64,000 nucleotides of DNA from an uncultured delta proteobacterium (GCA_963765675.1 CAVXXK010000001.1:2272001-2336000); one strand, 5' to 3'. Shown: positions 18,339-30,600, numbered from the stretch's first letter. Numbers and translations: made by a program. Notes: generated from the letters alone by a model not told the origin.

Positions 18339-18515
18339 GAACTCACGCGTTTCCACCTCGACCGATACCCGGGGGACATCGCAAAAGCGGAAGGCCGCGC
18401 GGAATTGTCCGCGCACCTGGGGGAATAGAAGACGCGGAGTTGCCGATACGGAAGTCGTGCTTAAGTTACTCGATTGGACTAATGGACGAGAAGTTACGGA
18501 CGAACGGAATTTAAC

Positions 18516-18887
18516 GTGCCCTCGATAAACCAGTTGATCCGGCAAGCGCGCGTCAAGAAGCGCTTCAAAGTAAAAGCGCGCGCCCTCGAGGGCTCGCCCC
18601 AGAAACGCGGCGTATGCACCCAGGTGAAGACCACCACGCCCAAGAAGCCGAACTCCGCCTTGCGCAAAGTGGCGCGCGTGCGGCTGTCCAACGGAATCGA
18701 AGTTAATACTTATATTCCGGGTGTCGGCCACAATCTCCAGGAGCATTCGGTCGTGCTGATCCGCGGCGGCCGCGTGCGCGATCTGCCGGGTGTGCGCTAT
18801 CACGTGATCCGCGGCACCCTTGATTCGATCGGCGTGCAGGAACGGCGCAAGAGCCGCTCCAAGTACGGATCGAAGAAGCCGAAGTAA
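18516..18887 (+). CDS. rpsL: 30S ribosomal protein S12
   Basis: [27 protein letters not shown]; GTG start. Confidence 0.99.
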   Translation: MPSINQLIRQARVKKRFKVKARALEGSPQKRGVCTQVKTTTPKKPNSALRKVARVRLSNGIEVNTYIPGVGHNLQEHSVVLIRGGRVRDLPGVRYHVIRGTLDSIGVQERRKSRSKYGSKKPK

Positions 18888-18892
18888 CCGCC

Positions 18893-19363
18893 ATGTCACG
18901 CAAAGGACAAGCTAAAGTCCGCGAGATCGCGGCTGACCCGAAGTTTCACGATCGCACGGTTGCGAAGTTTGTAAACGTGGTGATGGAACGCGGAAAGAAA
19001 TCCACCGCCGAGCGGATCCTTTACGGAGCGCTCGAGCTGGTTGCGGAACGCTCGAAGGAAGACGGGCTCGCGATGTTCAAAAAGGCGCTCGATAATGTGC
19101 GCCCCTCCGTCGAGGTGCGCTCACGGCGCGTCGGCGGCGCGAACTATCAGGTCCCGGTCGAGGTTCGTCCGGTCCGGCGTAATTCGCTTGCGATGCGCTG
19201 GCTGGTGACGGCGGCGCGCGCGCGCGGAGAGAAGTCGATGCGCGAGCGGCTGGCGGCGGAAATCCTCGAGGCCGCGCAAAACCGCGGTGGCGGCGTCAAG
19301 AAACGCGAAGACACTCACCGCATGGCCGACGCCAACAAGGCGTTTGCCCATTATCGCTGGTAA
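18893..19363 (+). CDS. rpsG: 30S ribosomal protein S7
   Basis: [26 protein letters not shown]. Confidence 0.99.
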   Translation: MSRKGQAKVREIAADPKFHDRTVAKFVNVVMERGKKSTAERILYGALELVAERSKEDGLAMFKKALDNVRPSVEVRSRRVGGANYQVPVEVRPVRRNSLAMRWLVTAARARGEKSMRERLAAEILEAAQNRGGGVKKREDTHRMADANKAFAHYRW

Positions 19364-19381
19364 ACAGTCGAGTTCTTATTC

Positions 19382-21478
19382 ATGGCTCGTACCACGCCAA
19401 TAGAACGGGTGCGCAATATCGGCATCATGGCCCACATCGATGCCGGCAAGACCACCACTACCGAACGGGTGCTGTACTACACCGGCATCAATTACAAGAT
19501 CGGCGAGGTGCATGAAGGCACCGCGACGATGGACTGGATGGTGCAAGAGCAGGAACGCGGCATCACGATCACGTCGGCGGCGACCACCTGCTTCTGGCGC
19601 GAGCATCATTTTAATATTATCGACACGCCGGGACACGTCGATTTCACGATCGAAGTCGAACGCAGCCTGCGCATCCTCGACGGCGCGGTCGCCGTGTTCT
19701 GCGCGGTCGGCGGCGTCGAGCCGCAGTCCGAGACCGTGTGGCGGCAGGCCGACAAGTATCGCGTTCCGCGGATCGCGTTTATCAATAAGATGGACCGCGT
19801 GGGCGCCGAGTTCGAGCGCGTCGTGCAGGAGATGCGCGACAAGCTCAAGGCGGTTCCGCTTCTGCTCCAGCTCCCGATCGGCGCCGAAGACAAGTTCACC
19901 GGCGTGATCGATCTGGTCGAGCAGCGCGCGCTTATCTGGGACGAAGATCGCCTGGGCGCCAACTACCGGGTCGAAGAGATTCCGGCCGCGCTGAAGGAAC
20001 AGGCGGCAGGTTATCGTGACAAGATGATCGAGACGCTCGCCGACCACGACGAGCATCTGATGGAGTTGTACCTGGAGGGCAAGGTGCCCGCGCCGGAACA
20101 GATCCGCGCCGCGATTCGCGCCGCAACCCTCAAGATGGCGGTGACGCCGGTGCTGCTCGGCTCCGCGTTTCGCAACAAGGGCGTGCAGCCGATGCTCGAC
20201 GCGGTGGTGGACTATCTGCCGTCTCCGCTCGATCTGCCTCCGGTGGTCGGCAACGTTGACGGCAAGCTGGAAGAGCGATGGCCGCGCGACGACGCGCCGT
20301 TTTCGGCGTTGGCTTTCAAGATCATGACCGATCCTTATATCGGCACCCTGACCTTCGTCCGGGTTTACTCGGGCAAGCTCGAAAGCGGCTCGTCGGTTCT
20401 GAATTCGACCCGCGGCAAGCGCGAGCGGATCGGACGCCTGGTGCGGATGCACGCGAACAAGCAGGAAGCGATCTCCGAAGTCTTCGCCGGCGATATCTGC
20501 GCGATCGGTCTGCGCGACACGACCACTGGCGATACGCTATGCGATCCGGCGGCGCCGATTATCCTCGAATCGATCGAGTTTCCCGATCCGGTTATCCAGA
20601 TCGCGATCGAGCCCAAGACCAAGGCCGATCAGGAGAAGCTAGGTGAGGCGCTGCAGAAGCTCGCCAAAGAAGATCCGTCGTTCCGCGTGTCGGTGAACAA
20701 GGAGACCTCGCAGACGCTGATCGCCGGGATGGGCGAGTTACATCTCGAGATTATCGTCGATCGGCTGTTGCGCGAGTTCAAGGTTGACGCCAACGTCGGC
20801 AAGCCGCAGGTCGCCTACCGCGAAACGATTCGCAAGGCGTCCGAGGCCGAGGGCAGATTCGTGCGCCAGACCGGAGGCCACGGCCAGTTCGGCGTGGTCG
20901 AGCTGCGGATCGAGCCGATGGAAAAAGGCGGTGGCTTCGAATTCGTCGACGGCACCAAGGGTGACGCGATTCCGCGCAACTTTATCAAGCCGATCGAAAA
21001 CGGGATCAAAGAGGCGATGGATAACGGCGTCTTGGCCGGCTATCCGATGGTCGATCTGCGCGCGACGCTGCTCGACGGCAAGTCGCACGACGTCGATTCG
21101 TCCGAATTGGCGTTCAAAATCGCGGGCTCGATTGCGTTCAAGGAAGCTTGTGAAAAGGCCGACGCCGTGCTGCTCGAGCCGGTGATGGACGTCGAAGTGG
21201 TGACGCCGCAGGAGTTCATGGGCGAAGTTATCGGCGATCTGAACTCGCGCCGCGGCAAGATTCTGGATATGGAAAGCCGCGCGGGCGCGCAGGTGATCGA
21301 GGCACGAGTGCCGCTGGCCACCATGTTCGGCTATGCGACGCGGCTGCGCTCGATTACCCAGGGCCGCGCAAATTACACGATGCAGTTCGGCGCGTACGAA
21401 CAGGTACCGCAGAATATTTTTCAGGAACTGATGGCGCGCAACGCCGACGGCGATCAGCCGTCGCGGGCGCGCGCCTAG
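19382..21478 (+). CDS. fusA: Elongation factor G
   Basis: [23 protein letters not shown]. Confidence 0.99.
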   Translation: MARTTPIERVRNIGIMAHIDAGKTTTTERVLYYTGINYKIGEVHEGTATMDWMVQEQERGITITSAATTCFWREHHFNIIDTPGHVDFTIEVERSLRILDGAVAVFCAVGGVEPQSETVWRQADKYRVPRIAFINKMDRVGAEFERVVQEMRDKLKAVPLLLQLPIGAEDKFTGVIDLVEQRALIWDEDRLGANYRVEEIPAALKEQAAGYRDKMIETLADHDEHLMELYLEGKVPAPEQIRAAIRAATLKMAVTPVLLGSAFRNKGVQPMLDAVVDYLPSPLDLPPVVGNVDGKLEERWPRDDAPFSALAFKIMTDPYIGTLTFVRVYSGKLESGSSVLNSTRGKRERIGRLVRMHANKQEAISEVFAGDICAIGLRDTTTGDTLCDPAAPIILESIEFPDPVIQIAIEPKTKADQEKLGEALQKLAKEDPSFRVSVNKETSQTLIAGMGELHLEIIVDRLLREFKVDANVGKPQVAYRETIRKASEAEGRFVRQTGGHGQFGVVELRIEPMEKGGGFEFVDGTKGDAIPRNFIKPIENGIKEAMDNGVLAGYPMVDLRATLLDGKSHDVDSSELAFKIAGSIAFKEACEKADAVLLEPVMDVEVVTPQEFMGEVIGDLNSRRGKILDMESRAGAQVIEARVPLATMFGYATRLRSITQGRANYTMQFGAYEQVPQNIFQELMARNADGDQPSRARA

Positions 21479-21506
21479 GACCAGGGCAGAACCCGGGAGA
21501 AATACG

Positions 21507-22706
21507 ATGGGCAAGGCTAAATTCGAACGTACAAAGCCGCATGCGAACGTTGGCACGATCGGCCATATCGATCACGGCAAGACCACGTTGACAGCGGCGA
21601 TCACCAAGGTGCTGGCGTCAAAGAAGCTCGCCCAGTTCACCGCGTTCGATCAGATCGACAAGGCGCCCGAAGAGCGTGAACGCGGAATCACGATCGCGAT
21701 CGCGCACGTCGAGTACGAAACCGCCAAGCGCCACTACGCGCACGTCGATTGCCCGGGCCACGCCGACTACATCAAGAACATGATCACCGGCGCCGCGCAG
21801 ATGGACGGCGCGATCCTGGTGGTCGGCGCCAACGACGGCCCGATGCCGCAGACGCGCGAGCATATCCTGCTCGCCTACCAGGTCGGCGTTCCCGCGATCG
21901 TGGTGTTCATGAACAAGGTCGACATGGTCGACGATCCCGAGCTGCTCGATCTGGTCGAGCTCGAAGTCCGCGACCTGCTGAAGAAGCAGAACTATCCGGG
22001 CGACGACGTTCCCGTTATTCGCGGCAGCGCGATCAAGGCGCTCAATTGCGGATGCGGCAAAGACGATTGCCCCAATTGCAAGCCGATCCTCGATCTCATG
22101 GATGCGATCGACAACTATATTCCGCAGCCCAAGCGCGAGACGGACAAGCCGTTCCTGATGCCGATCGAAGACGTGTTCTCGATCTCGGGCCGCGGCACCG
22201 TCGTCACCGGCAGGGTCGAGAAGGGCAAGGTGAAGGTCGGCGAAGAAATCGAGATCGTCGGCTTCAAGGACACGACCAAGACGGTCGTGACCGGCGTCGA
22301 GATGTTCCGCAAGCTCTTGGACGAAGGGCAGGCCGGCGACAATATCGGCGTGCTGCTGCGCGGCGTCAAGCGCGAAGATATCGAGCGCGGACAGGTGCTC
22401 GCGAAGCCCGGCTCGATCACGCCGCATACCCAGTTCGAGGGCTCGGCGTATATCCTGACCAAGGACGAAGGCGGACGGCATACGCCGTTCTTCTCCGGCT
22501 ATCGCCCGCAGTTCTACTTCCGCACCACCGACGTGACGGGAGTGCTGACGCTGCCCGAAGGCACCGAGATGGTAATGCCGGGCGACAATATCAAGATACT
22601 GGGCGAACTGATCACGCCGGTCGCGATGGACGAGGGGCTGCGCTTCGCTATCCGCGAGGGCGGCCGCACCGTCGGCGCGGGTGTGGTCTCCAAGATACTC
22701 AAGTAG
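21507..22706 (+). CDS. tuf: Elongation factor Tu
   Basis: [27 protein letters not shown]. Confidence 0.99.
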   Translation: MGKAKFERTKPHANVGTIGHIDHGKTTLTAAITKVLASKKLAQFTAFDQIDKAPEERERGITIAIAHVEYETAKRHYAHVDCPGHADYIKNMITGAAQMDGAILVVGANDGPMPQTREHILLAYQVGVPAIVVFMNKVDMVDDPELLDLVELEVRDLLKKQNYPGDDVPVIRGSAIKALNCGCGKDDCPNCKPILDLMDAIDNYIPQPKRETDKPFLMPIEDVFSISGRGTVVTGRVEKGKVKVGEEIEIVGFKDTTKTVVTGVEMFRKLLDEGQAGDNIGVLLRGVKREDIERGQVLAKPGSITPHTQFEGSAYILTKDEGGRHTPFFSGYRPQFYFRTTDVTGVLTLPEGTEMVMPGDNIKILGELITPVAMDEGLRFAIREGGRTVGAGVVSKILK

Positions 22707-22813
22707 CAATTGCCTCACGCGGGCAAGAGCGAATGAACTACGTGCGGCGGCAGGTTTACCGGGATTTACAGAGGATACAACTGAGCGCTTGAGAATCGGG
22801 CGCGGTTTCCAGG

Positions 22814-23122
22814 ATGAACGACAAGATACGCATACGTCTTAAGGCGTACGACTACCGCCTGCTCGATCAGTCGGTCCGCGAGATCGTCGATACTATCCGC
22901 CGCACCGGCGGAAGGGTCGCCGGCCCGATCCCGCTGCCGACCCGGATAGAGCGCTTCACCGTCAACCGATCTCCGCACGTTGACAAGAAGTCGCGCGAAC
23001 ATTTCGAGATCCGCACGCATAAGCGGCTGCTCGACGTGCTCGAACCGACCCAGCAAACCATCGACGCGCTCGGCAAGCTCGACCTGGCCGCCGGCGTGGA
23101 CGTTGAGATCAAGCTCGAGTAG
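22814..23122 (+). CDS. rpsJ: 30S ribosomal protein S10
   Basis: [22 protein letters not shown]. Confidence 0.99.
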   Translation: MNDKIRIRLKAYDYRLLDQSVREIVDTIRRTGGRVAGPIPLPTRIERFTVNRSPHVDKKSREHFEIRTHKRLLDVLEPTQQTIDALGKLDLAAGVDVEIKLE

Positions 23123-23127
23123 CGGCG

Positions 23128-23802
23128 ATGCTTACCGGACTGATTGGAAAGAAACTCGGGATGACGCAGGTGGCCGACGCGCAGGGACGCGTGCGCGCCG
23201 TGACCGTCGTCCAGCTCGGACCGTGCACCGTGTCGCAGCTCAAGACCAAGCCGACTGACGGCTACGAAGCCGTGCAGGTGACGTGGGGCAAGAAAAAACT
23301 CTCGCGAGTGAACAGCGCGCTGCGCGGCCATTTCAAGGCCGCCGCTATCGCGCCGGGCGTGCGCACCGTCGAGTTCGAGCGCCGCGGCGAGGGCGAGATC
23401 AAGCTCGGACAGGCGATCAGCGCGGGCGAGGTGTTCAAGCCAGGCGACCAGGTTGACGTCGAGGGCGTCTCCAAGGGACGCGGCTACGCGGGCGTTATCC
23501 GGCGGCATCACTTTTCCGGATTCCCCGGCTCGCACGGTACTCACGAGTATTTCCGCCACGGCGGATCGATCGGTAACCGTTCTTATCCGGGACGCGTGCG
23601 CAAGGGACTTCGGATGGCGGGGCAGCTCGGCAACGAAACCGCGACCGTGCTCAATCTCGAAGTGGTCGAGATCCTGCCCGAGGAAAACGCGATCGTAATT
23701 ACCGGCGCGCTGCCGGGTCCCGACGGCGCAGTCGTGATCGTTGAGCACGCGGCGCGTCCGCGGCGACGTGCGAATGCGAATGTGGTGGCGGCCAATGGCT
23801 GA
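23128..23802 (+). CDS. rplC: 50S ribosomal protein L3
   Basis: [22 protein letters not shown]. Confidence 0.98.
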   Translation: MLTGLIGKKLGMTQVADAQGRVRAVTVVQLGPCTVSQLKTKPTDGYEAVQVTWGKKKLSRVNSALRGHFKAAAIAPGVRTVEFERRGEGEIKLGQAISAGEVFKPGDQVDVEGVSKGRGYAGVIRRHHFSGFPGSHGTHEYFRHGGSIGNRSYPGRVRKGLRMAGQLGNETATVLNLEVVEILPEENAIVITGALPGPDGAVVIVEHAARPRRRANANVVAANG

Positions 23803-24496
23803 GCGGCGTGCAAAACATAATCCGGTGAAACTGCCGCTCTACTCGGCGGCGCAGGAACGCTCAGGCGAGGTCGAATTCGCAGGCGCGGTTTTCGGTCGCG
23901 AGGGCGATAATTCCGTGGTCCACGAAGCGGTACAGATGCAGCTGGCCAAGCGGCGTTCGGGGACCGCGTCGACCAAGACGCGCGGGCTTATCTCGGGCGG
24001 CGGACGCAAGCCGTGGCGCCAGAAAGGCACCGGCCGCGCACGCTCGGGATCGACTCGCTCGCCGATATGGCGCAGTGGCGGCACGATCTTTGGTCCCGTT
24101 CCGCGCGATTATTCTTACAAGATGCCCAAGAAGGCGTGGCGGCGTGCGCTTTGTCTGGCGCTGTCGGATCGCGCGCGCGAGGGCAAGGTTTTTATCGTCG
24201 AATCGTTTGAGCTCGCCGAAGCCAAGACCAAAAACGCCAAAGCGTTTCTGGAAAAGCTCGGAGTGAAGCACGCGCTGATCGTGATTGGCGAAGCCGACGC
24301 GGCCTTCTACCGCGCGGCGCGCAATCTCGCGGCGCACAAGATTCTCGCGGCAGTCGGGCTCAATGTTTTCGACTTACTGAATTACGATGAATTGGTGATG
24401 ACCGAGGCGACCGCCCGCGCGATCGAGACGCGTCTGGCGGCAGATACTTCGCGCCAGGACGCTGAAGCGAAGCAGTCAGAAGGTGACGCGCGATGA
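23795..24496 (+). CDS. rplD: 50S ribosomal protein L4
   Basis: [15 protein letters not shown]; start at ATG 23795 overlapping the rplC end. Confidence 0.96.
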   Translation: MAERRAKHNPVKLPLYSAAQERSGEVEFAGAVFGREGDNSVVHEAVQMQLAKRRSGTASTKTRGLISGGGRKPWRQKGTGRARSGSTRSPIWRSGGTIFGPVPRDYSYKMPKKAWRRALCLALSDRAREGKVFIVESFELAEAKTKNAKAFLEKLGVKHALIVIGEADAAFYRAARNLAAHKILAAVGLNVFDLLNYDELVMTEATARAIETRLAADTSRQDAEAKQSEGDAR

Positions 24497-24780
24497 ACCT
24501 CGAGCAAATCGTGATGGCGCCGCTCATCACCGAAAAAGGCACTTTCGTCGGCGAGAAGAGCAACCAGGTTGTGTTTCGGGTCCGTCTCGACGCGAGCAAG
24601 GATGTGATTCGCGAAGCGGTCGAGCAGCTATTCAAGGTTACGGTGCTGAAGGTCAGGACGATCAAGCTGATGGGCAAGAACCGGCGGCGCGGCGCGATCA
24701 AGGGGCGCCGTTCGGATTGGAAAAAAGCTTACGTGACGCTCAAGGAAGGCGATCGGATCGAGTTCTTTGAAGGGGTTTAG
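24493..24780 (+). CDS. rplW: 50S ribosomal protein L23
   Basis: PLITEKG, WKKAYVTL. Confidence 0.98.
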   Translation: MNLEQIVMAPLITEKGTFVGEKSNQVVFRVRLDASKDVIREAVEQLFKVTVLKVRTIKLMGKNRRRGAIKGRRSDWKKAYVTLKEGDRIEFFEGV

Positions 24781-24795
24781 AGAAGCGATACGAAC

Positions 24796-25629
24796 ATGGC
24801 AGTAATCCAGCTAAATCCGCGCACACCCGGCCAGCGCTTCATGCAGATTGCCGATTTCTCGGAGCTTACGAAAAAAGAGCCCGAGAAAAATCTGCTCGAG
24901 CCGGTCAAGCGCACGGGCGGACGCAATAATCGTGGCCGGATGACTTCGCGTCATCGCGGCGGCGGCCACAAGCGGCGCCTGCGCCTGATCGACTTCAAGC
25001 GCACGCATGATGGCGTGCCGGCGGTCGTAGCTTCGCTCGAGTACGATCCGAATCGCTCGGCCAATATCGCGCTGCTCCATTATGCCGACGGCACCAAGGC
25101 CTACATCCTGGCGCCCGACGGACTCAAAGTGGGCGCGAAGGTCGAGTCGGGCGAGAACGCCGATATCAAGCCGGGCAACGCGCTGAAGCTTAAGAATATT
25201 CCGCTCGGCACGATTATCCACGCGGTCGAGCTCAAGCCCGGCGCGGGCGCGCAGCTCGTACGCGGCGCCGGAGTATCGGCTCAGTTGATGGCCAAGGAAG
25301 GCAAGTTCGCGTTGCTCAAGCTCCCTTCGGGCGAGCAGCGGATGGTGCAGGCGGAATGCCGCGCCAGTATCGGACAGGTCGGCAATCTCGACCACGAAAA
25401 TATTTCGATCGGCAAGGCCGGGCGCTCGAGGTGGCTCGGCAAGCGTGGACACGTCCGCGGAGTTGCGATGAATCCGGTTGATCATCCGCACGGCGGCGGC
25501 GAAGGCCGCTCCAAGGGGAATCATCCCCAGTCGCCGTGGGGACAGCCGGCCAAGGGTTACAAGACGCGTAAAAAGAAGCCGTCGGACCGGTATATCGTAA
25601 GCCGCCGGCCGCGCGGGAAGCATTCTTAA
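24796..25629 (+). CDS. rplB: 50S ribosomal protein L2
   Basis: [25 protein letters not shown]. Confidence 0.99.
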   Translation: MAVIQLNPRTPGQRFMQIADFSELTKKEPEKNLLEPVKRTGGRNNRGRMTSRHRGGGHKRRLRLIDFKRTHDGVPAVVASLEYDPNRSANIALLHYADGTKAYILAPDGLKVGAKVESGENADIKPGNALKLKNIPLGTIIHAVELKPGAGAQLVRGAGVSAQLMAKEGKFALLKLPSGEQRMVQAECRASIGQVGNLDHENISIGKAGRSRWLGKRGHVRGVAMNPVDHPHGGGEGRSKGNHPQSPWGQPAKGYKTRKKKPSDRYIVSRRPRGKHS

Positions 25630-25632
25630 GCC

Positions 25633-25962
25633 ATGGCACGATCAGTAAAGAAGGGCCCGTTTATCGACGGGCATCTGAAAAAAAAGGCTGAAGCGGCCGC
25701 CGCGGCAGGTGACAAGCGGATTATCCGCACCTGGTCGCGCCGGTCGATGATCCTGCCCGAGATGGTGGGGCTAACGTTCGCGGTGCATAACGGCCACAAG
25801 TTCATTCCGGTGTACTGCACGGAGAACATGGTCGGGCACAAGCTTGGAGAATTTTCGGGCACGCGGACTTTTCACGGCCATGCGGGCGACCGCAAGGGCG
25901 AAGTCAAGCAATCGGCCGCGCCTGCGGCGCCGCCGCCCACTGCCGCGAAGGCGGGCGCGTAG
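25633..25962 (+). CDS. rpsS: 30S ribosomal protein S19
   Basis: [23 protein letters not shown]. Confidence 0.98.
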   Translation: MARSVKKGPFIDGHLKKKAEAAAAAGDKRIIRTWSRRSMILPEMVGLTFAVHNGHKFIPVYCTENMVGHKLGEFSGTRTFHGHAGDRKGEVKQSAAPAAPPPTAAKAGA

Positions 25963-25993
25963 GGCGCGCGCCAAACAGAGACGAGTTGCAATC

Positions 25994-26332
25994 ATGGAAG
26001 CGTTATCGCGTCATCGGTACATCAGAATTTCGCCGCGCAAGCTGAAGCTGGTGTGCGATCTGGTCGTCGGCAAGCCTGTGGGACAGGCGCTGTCGATTCT
26101 CGAATTCACGCCCAAGAAGGGCGCGAAGTTCGTATCGAAGACGCTTCTGTCGGCCGTCGCCAATGCGCGTGACCAGCAGAACGTGGACGAGGACAAGCTG
26201 TTCGTAAAGCGCGCGACTGCCGAAACCGGACCGACTTTGAAGCGCTCGCTGCCGCGCGCGCACATGCATGCAACGCCGATTCTCAAGCGCACCAGCCATC
26301 TGACCGTGATCGTGGACGAGCGCGCTATCTGA
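25994..26332 (+). CDS. rplV: 50S ribosomal protein L22
   Basis: RISPRK, SAVANA, KRTSHLTV; start at ATG 25994. Confidence 0.96.
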   Translation: MEALSRHRYIRISPRKLKLVCDLVVGKPVGQALSILEFTPKKGAKFVSKTLLSAVANARDQQNVDEDKLFVKRATAETGPTLKRSLPRAHMHATPILKRTSHLTVIVDERAI

Positions 26333-26341
26333 GGACTATCG

Positions 26342-27019
26342 ATGGGCCAGAAATCACATCCGCGCGGGCTTAGGCTCGGAATTATCGAGGGCTGGGACTC
26401 GCGCTGGTTTTCGAGTCACGACTACACCGCGCTGCTCCACGAAGACATCAAGCTGCGCGAGTTTATCAAGCGCCGCCTCTACCACGCGGGAATCTCGAAG
26501 ATCGAGATCGAGCGGATGGCCAACAAGGCCAAGGTGAATATCTATACCGCGCGTCCGGGAATCGTGATCGGGAAAAAGGGCGTCGAGATCGACAAGCTCA
26601 AGGCGGATATCGCCAAGCTGATGAAGGGCAAGGACACCTTTATCAATATCCACGAAGTCCGCCGCCCCGATCTCGATCCGCAACTGGTCGCCGAGAATAT
26701 CGCGCTCCAGCTCGAGCGCCGGGTCGCGTTTCGCCGCGCGATGAAAGAAGCGGTTACGCGCGCGATGCGGATGGGCGCGCAGGGAGTCAAAGTTCACGTT
26801 GCCGGACGCCTGGGCGGTGCGGAAATCGCGCGCCAGGAATGGTACCGCGAGGGCCGCGTGCCGCTTCAGACGCTGCGCGCCGACGTCGCTTACGGATTTG
26901 CCGAAGCGCGCACGACCTACGGAGTGATCGGAGTCAAAGTCTGGATCTTCCGCGGCGAAATCCTGACCCGCCAGGAAGAAGAAGCCAAACGCACCGGACA
27001 GGCCGCGCAGCAGCAGTAG
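26342..27019 (+). CDS. rpsC: 30S ribosomal protein S3
   Basis: [27 protein letters not shown]. Confidence 0.99.
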   Translation: MGQKSHPRGLRLGIIEGWDSRWFSSHDYTALLHEDIKLREFIKRRLYHAGISKIEIERMANKAKVNIYTARPGIVIGKKGVEIDKLKADIAKLMKGKDTFINIHEVRRPDLDPQLVAENIALQLERRVAFRRAMKEAVTRAMRMGAQGVKVHVAGRLGGAEIARQEWYREGRVPLQTLRADVAYGFAEARTTYGVIGVKVWIFRGEILTRQEEEAKRTGQAAQQQ

Positions 27020-27023
27020 CACC

Positions 27024-27449
27024 ATGCTCTCACCCAAAAAAGTAAAATGGCGCAAGATGCAGAAGGGCCGCGTGCGCGGCGCTGAATCGCGCGGGCTCGA
27101 ACTGGCGTTCGGCGACTACGGCCTGAAGGCCACTGAGACGGCGCGCGTCGATGCGCGCGCGCTCGAAGCGGCTCGTATCGCGCTGACCCGGCATATCAAA
27201 CGCGGTGGCCGCGTATGGATTCGCGTGTTCCCGGACAAGCCCTTTACCAAGAAGCCTGCGGAAACCCGGATGGGCAAGGGCAAGGGCGGACCCGAGGGAT
27301 GGACCGCGGTGGTGCGGCCCGGACGGATCCTGTTCGAGATGGAAGGTGTGGACCGGCCGACCGCGCGCGAGGCGATGCGTCTCGCGGCGCACAAGCTGCC
27401 GATCAAGACGATCGTCGTGGAACGCGAGGAGGGCGGCCTTGGAGCTTGA
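27024..27449 (+). CDS. rplP: 50S ribosomal protein L16
   Basis: [20 protein letters not shown]. Confidence 0.99.
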   Translation: MLSPKKVKWRKMQKGRVRGAESRGLELAFGDYGLKATETARVDARALEAARIALTRHIKRGGRVWIRVFPDKPFTKKPAETRMGKGKGGPEGWTAVVRPGRILFEMEGVDRPTAREAMRLAAHKLPIKTIVVEREEGGLGA

Positions 27450-27654
27450 CGAGATCAGGCAGATGAACGAGGGCGACCTTCGCGTGAAGGAACGGGAGAC
27501 GCGCGAGGAGATTTTCCGCTTGCGGCTCAAGCTGAAGACCAATCAGCTCGACAAGTCGGCGGCGCTCACCATCGCGCGGCGCGAGCTCGCGAGAATTTTG
27601 ACCGTGATCAAACAAAAGTCCGCGAGCGCTGACGGCGCCGCGAAAGCGAAGTAA
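27439..27654 (+). CDS. rpmC: 50S ribosomal protein L29
   Basis: TTG start with GAGGAG RBS; EEIFRLR...[10 protein letters not shown]. Confidence 0.9.
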   Translation: MELDEIRQMNEGDLRVKERETREEIFRLRLKLKTNQLDKSAALTIARRELARILTVIKQKSASADGAAKAK

Positions 27655-27658
27655 CTCG

Positions 27659-27913
27659 ATGCGTGAGCGAATCAAACGGCGCGAAGGTACGGTGGTCTCC
27701 GCCAAGATGACCAAGACCGTGGTGGTCCAGGTCGATCGCCTGGTCGAGCATCCCCTGTACGGAAAGCGGATGCGCCGGCGCAAGCGCTACATGGCGCACG
27801 ACGAAACCAGCCAGTGCCACGAGGGCGACCGCGTCCAGATCGTCGAGTCGCGGCCGATAAGCAAGAGCAAGCGCTGGCGCATCAGCAAGATAGTCAAGCG
27901 GGCGGCAGGCTGA
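27659..27913 (+). CDS. rpsQ: 30S ribosomal protein S17
   Basis: GTVVSAKMTKTVVV, HPLYGK, RPISKSKRW. Confidence 0.98.
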   Translation: MRERIKRREGTVVSAKMTKTVVVQVDRLVEHPLYGKRMRRRKRYMAHDETSQCHEGDRVQIVESRPISKSKRWRISKIVKRAAG

Positions 27914-27929
27914 GGATTAGACAAGCGCG

Positions 27930-28298
27930 ATGATTCAGGTGCAGACAGTTCTCGATGTCGCCGATAATTCGGGCGCCCGCAAGGTCATGTGCATCAAGGT
28001 GCTTGGCGGCTCGCGCCGGCGTTACGCCTCGGTGGGCGATGTGATCGTGGTCGCGGTCAAGGAAGCGATCCCCAACGCCAAGGTGAAAAAGGGCGAGGTC
28101 GCACGCGCTGTGATCGTGCGGACCGCGCGCGAGATCAGCCGCGACGACGGCAGCTATATCCGCTTCGACGGCAATTCGGCGGTGCTGATCGACGCGCAGC
28201 ACGAACCGATTGGTACCCGAATTTTCGGGCCGGTCGCGCGCGAGCTGCGCGCCAAAAAGTTCATGAAAATAATTTCACTCGCACCAGAGGTTCTGTGA
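27930..28298 (+). CDS. rplN: 50S ribosomal protein L14
   Basis: [21 protein letters not shown]. Confidence 0.99.
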   Translation: MIQVQTVLDVADNSGARKVMCIKVLGGSRRRYASVGDVIVVAVKEAIPNAKVKKGEVARAVIVRTAREISRDDGSYIRFDGNSAVLIDAQHEPIGTRIFGPVARELRAKKFMKIISLAPEVL

Positions 28299-28299
28299 G

Positions 28300-28638
28300 A
28301 TGGCGTCCGCCGCAGCAAAATACAAGATCCGCAAGAACGACATGGTGATGGTCGTCAAAGGGCGCGATCGCGGCAAGACCGGCAAGGTGATGCGGGTGCT
28401 GTCGGAGCGCGGACGCGTGATCGTCGAGCGGCTCAATATCGTCAAGCGCCACTCGAAGCCGCGCGGCGCAGCGAGTCCCGGCGGGATCGTGGAAAAAGAG
28501 GCGCCGCTCAATATCGCCAACGTGATGTTCTTTTGCGATCGATGCAACGCGCCCGTGCGCCTGGCCGTGAAGCTCGGCGACGACAAGACTCGAACCCGCG
28601 TATGCCGCCGGTGCGGCGAAGCGGTGGGTAACGACTGA
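28300..28638 (+). CDS. rplX: 50S ribosomal protein L24
   Basis: [18 protein letters not shown]. Confidence 0.97.
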   Translation: MASAAAKYKIRKNDMVMVVKGRDRGKTGKVMRVLSERGRVIVERLNIVKRHSKPRGAASPGGIVEKEAPLNIANVMFFCDRCNAPVRLAVKLGDDKTRTRVCRRCGEAVGND

Positions 28639-29414
28639 TGGCCGACAAGAACGACAAAACCGAAAAGCCGCAAAAGGCCAAGAACCCGGACGCCGCCGCC
28701 AAGGGGCAGGCGCAAAAGGCTCAGGCTGCGAAGGACAAGGCCGCGCGTGCGGAACAGGCCGCGGCCGCGAAGGCGGCGCCGCGCGAGCCCGAGCCAAAGA
28801 TTCCGGCCCGGATGCGCCTGCGCTATGAGAGCGAGATCGTGCCGACGCTGATGCGCGAGCTGAAGATCGAGAACAAGATGCGGGTGCCACGGCTGTCGAA
28901 GATCACGATTAACATGGCGCTCAGCGAAGCGCGCGACAACGTCAAGGTGCTCGACCTCGCGGTCGAGGAGCTGGCACAGATCTCGGGACAGAAGCCGGTG
29001 CTGACGCGCGCGCGCAAAGCGATATCGAATTTCAAGCTGCGCCAGGGGATGCCGATCGGCACGATGGTCACGCTGCGGCGCGAGCGGATGTGGGAATTTT
29101 TCGACCGGCTGGTTAACGTCGCGCTGCCGCGCGTGCGCGACTTCCGCGGAATCAGCGACAAGGCATTCGACGGACGCGGAAATTATTCGCTCGGCCTGCG
29201 CGAGCATACGATTTTTCCCGAGCTCAATCTGGACAAGGTTGATAAAATAAAGGGACTTACGATTTCAATCACCACCAGCGCGCGCAGCGACTTCGAGGGA
29301 CTGACCCTTCTGAAGGCGCTCGGGATGCCGTTTAGGAACCAGGCCGAGCGCGAGGGCGAGCCCGCCGCGGCGCCCGCAAAAGCGGCAGCGGCACCGGAGC
29401 CCGCGCAGGCGTAA
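28638..29414 (+). CDS. rplE: 50S ribosomal protein L5 (long N- and C-terminal extensions)
   Basis: [22 protein letters not shown]; TGATG coupling to rplX. Confidence 0.96.
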   Translation: MADKNDKTEKPQKAKNPDAAAKGQAQKAQAAKDKAARAEQAAAAKAAPREPEPKIPARMRLRYESEIVPTLMRELKIENKMRVPRLSKITINMALSEARDNVKVLDLAVEELAQISGQKPVLTRARKAISNFKLRQGMPIGTMVTLRRERMWEFFDRLVNVALPRVRDFRGISDKAFDGRGNYSLGLREHTIFPELNLDKVDKIKGLTISITTSARSDFEGLTLLKALGMPFRNQAEREGEPAAAPAKAAAAPEPAQA

Positions 29415-29443
29415 GGCTAGAGGGGTGCAGGACACAAAGATCG

Positions 29444-29629
29444 ATGGCTAAGAAGTGCCTCAGAATCAAGGCGTTACGCACTCCGAAGTTCAAGGTGCGC
29501 ACGCATAACCGCTGCCCGCTATGCGGGCGCTCGCGGGCCTATTACCGGCGCTTCAAGATGTGCCGGCTGTGCCTGCGCAAATACGCTCTCAGAGGACAGC
29601 TTCCCGGCGTCGTCAAGGCGAGCTGGTAG
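29444..29629 (+). CDS. rpsN: 30S ribosomal protein S14 type Z (zinc-binding, 61 aa)
   Basis: RCPLCGR...[12 protein letters not shown]. Confidence 0.97.
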   Translation: MAKKCLRIKALRTPKFKVRTHNRCPLCGRSRAYYRRFKMCRLCLRKYALRGQLPGVVKASW

Positions 29630-29637
29630 AGGGAATA

Positions 29638-30036
29638 ATGTCGAGGACCGACCCGATCGCAGAACTGCTGACCCGAATCCGCAACGCGATGCGTGCGCGG
29701 TACAATGAGGTCACGCTCGAACACTCGCGGCTGCGCGAAGCGATCTGCCGCGTGCTGGTCGCCGAGGGCTTTCTCGACGGTGTCGAGCCCGCGGGCGAAG
29801 ATCCCAAGCGCAAGCTCGTGATCAAACTGCGCTACTCGGCCGCGCGCGAGCCGGTGATCAAGGGAATCGAGCGGGTGAGCAAGCCGAGCCTGCGGCGCTA
29901 CGCCGGCGCCGACGAGATCTCGAAGGCGCGCGGCGCGATGGGCGTGCATATCGTCTCGACGCCGCTCGGTGTGATGAGCGGGCGCGAGGCGCGCCGCAAA
30001 CGAGTCGGCGGCGAAATTCTCTGCCGGGTCTGGTAA
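29638..30036 (+). CDS. rpsH: 30S ribosomal protein S8
   Basis: DPIAELLTRIRNA, SKPSLRRY, VGGEILC; start at ATG 29638. Confidence 0.97.
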   Translation: MSRTDPIAELLTRIRNAMRARYNEVTLEHSRLREAICRVLVAEGFLDGVEPAGEDPKRKLVIKLRYSAAREPVIKGIERVSKPSLRRYAGADEISKARGAMGVHIVSTPLGVMSGREARRKRVGGEILCRVW

Positions 30037-30048
30037 ACGGAGCCGTCG

Positions 30049-30600
30049 ATGTCGCGCATAGGAAGATTACCGGTAAAACTCGAAAAGGGCGTCAAAGCCG
30101 AGCTTTCCGGCACCACGCTCAAAGTCGAGGGCCCCAAGGGCAAGCTCTCGCATCCGTTGCCGCCCGGCTTTACGGTCGAGATCAACGGCGCCGAGCTGAC
30201 CGTCAAACGCCCGGGGGATTCGAACCTCGAGCGTTCACTGCATGGGCTGACGCGCAAGCTGATCGCCAATATGGCCGAGGGCGTCAGCAAGGGCTTCACC
30301 AAGGTTCTCGAGATCAACGGAGTCGGCTACCGGGCGGAGGCAAAGGGCGCTCAGATCAATTTGAGCCTCGGCTACTCGCATCCGATTGTGTATCAGTTGC
30401 CGCCGGGCGTGACTGCGAAAGTCGAGCGGCAGGTGCTGATCACGCTCGAGAGCGCGGATCGCCAGTTGCTCGGCTCGGTCGCCTCAGAGGTGCGCGAGCT
30501 CAGGCCGCCGGAACCGTACAAGGGCAAGGGAATCAAGTACGCGACCGAAACGATTCGCCGCAAGGCGGGAAAGGCCGCCGCCGGATCGACTTCGGCGTAG
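30049..30600 (+). CDS. rplF: 50S ribosomal protein L6
   Basis: MSRIG, GVGYRA, PEPYKGKGI. Confidence 0.99.
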   Translation: MSRIGRLPVKLEKGVKAELSGTTLKVEGPKGKLSHPLPPGFTVEINGAELTVKRPGDSNLERSLHGLTRKLIANMAEGVSKGFTKVLEINGVGYRAEAKGAQINLSLGYSHPIVYQLPPGVTAKVERQVLITLESADRQLLGSVASEVRELRPPEPYKGKGIKYATETIRRKAGKAAAGSTSA

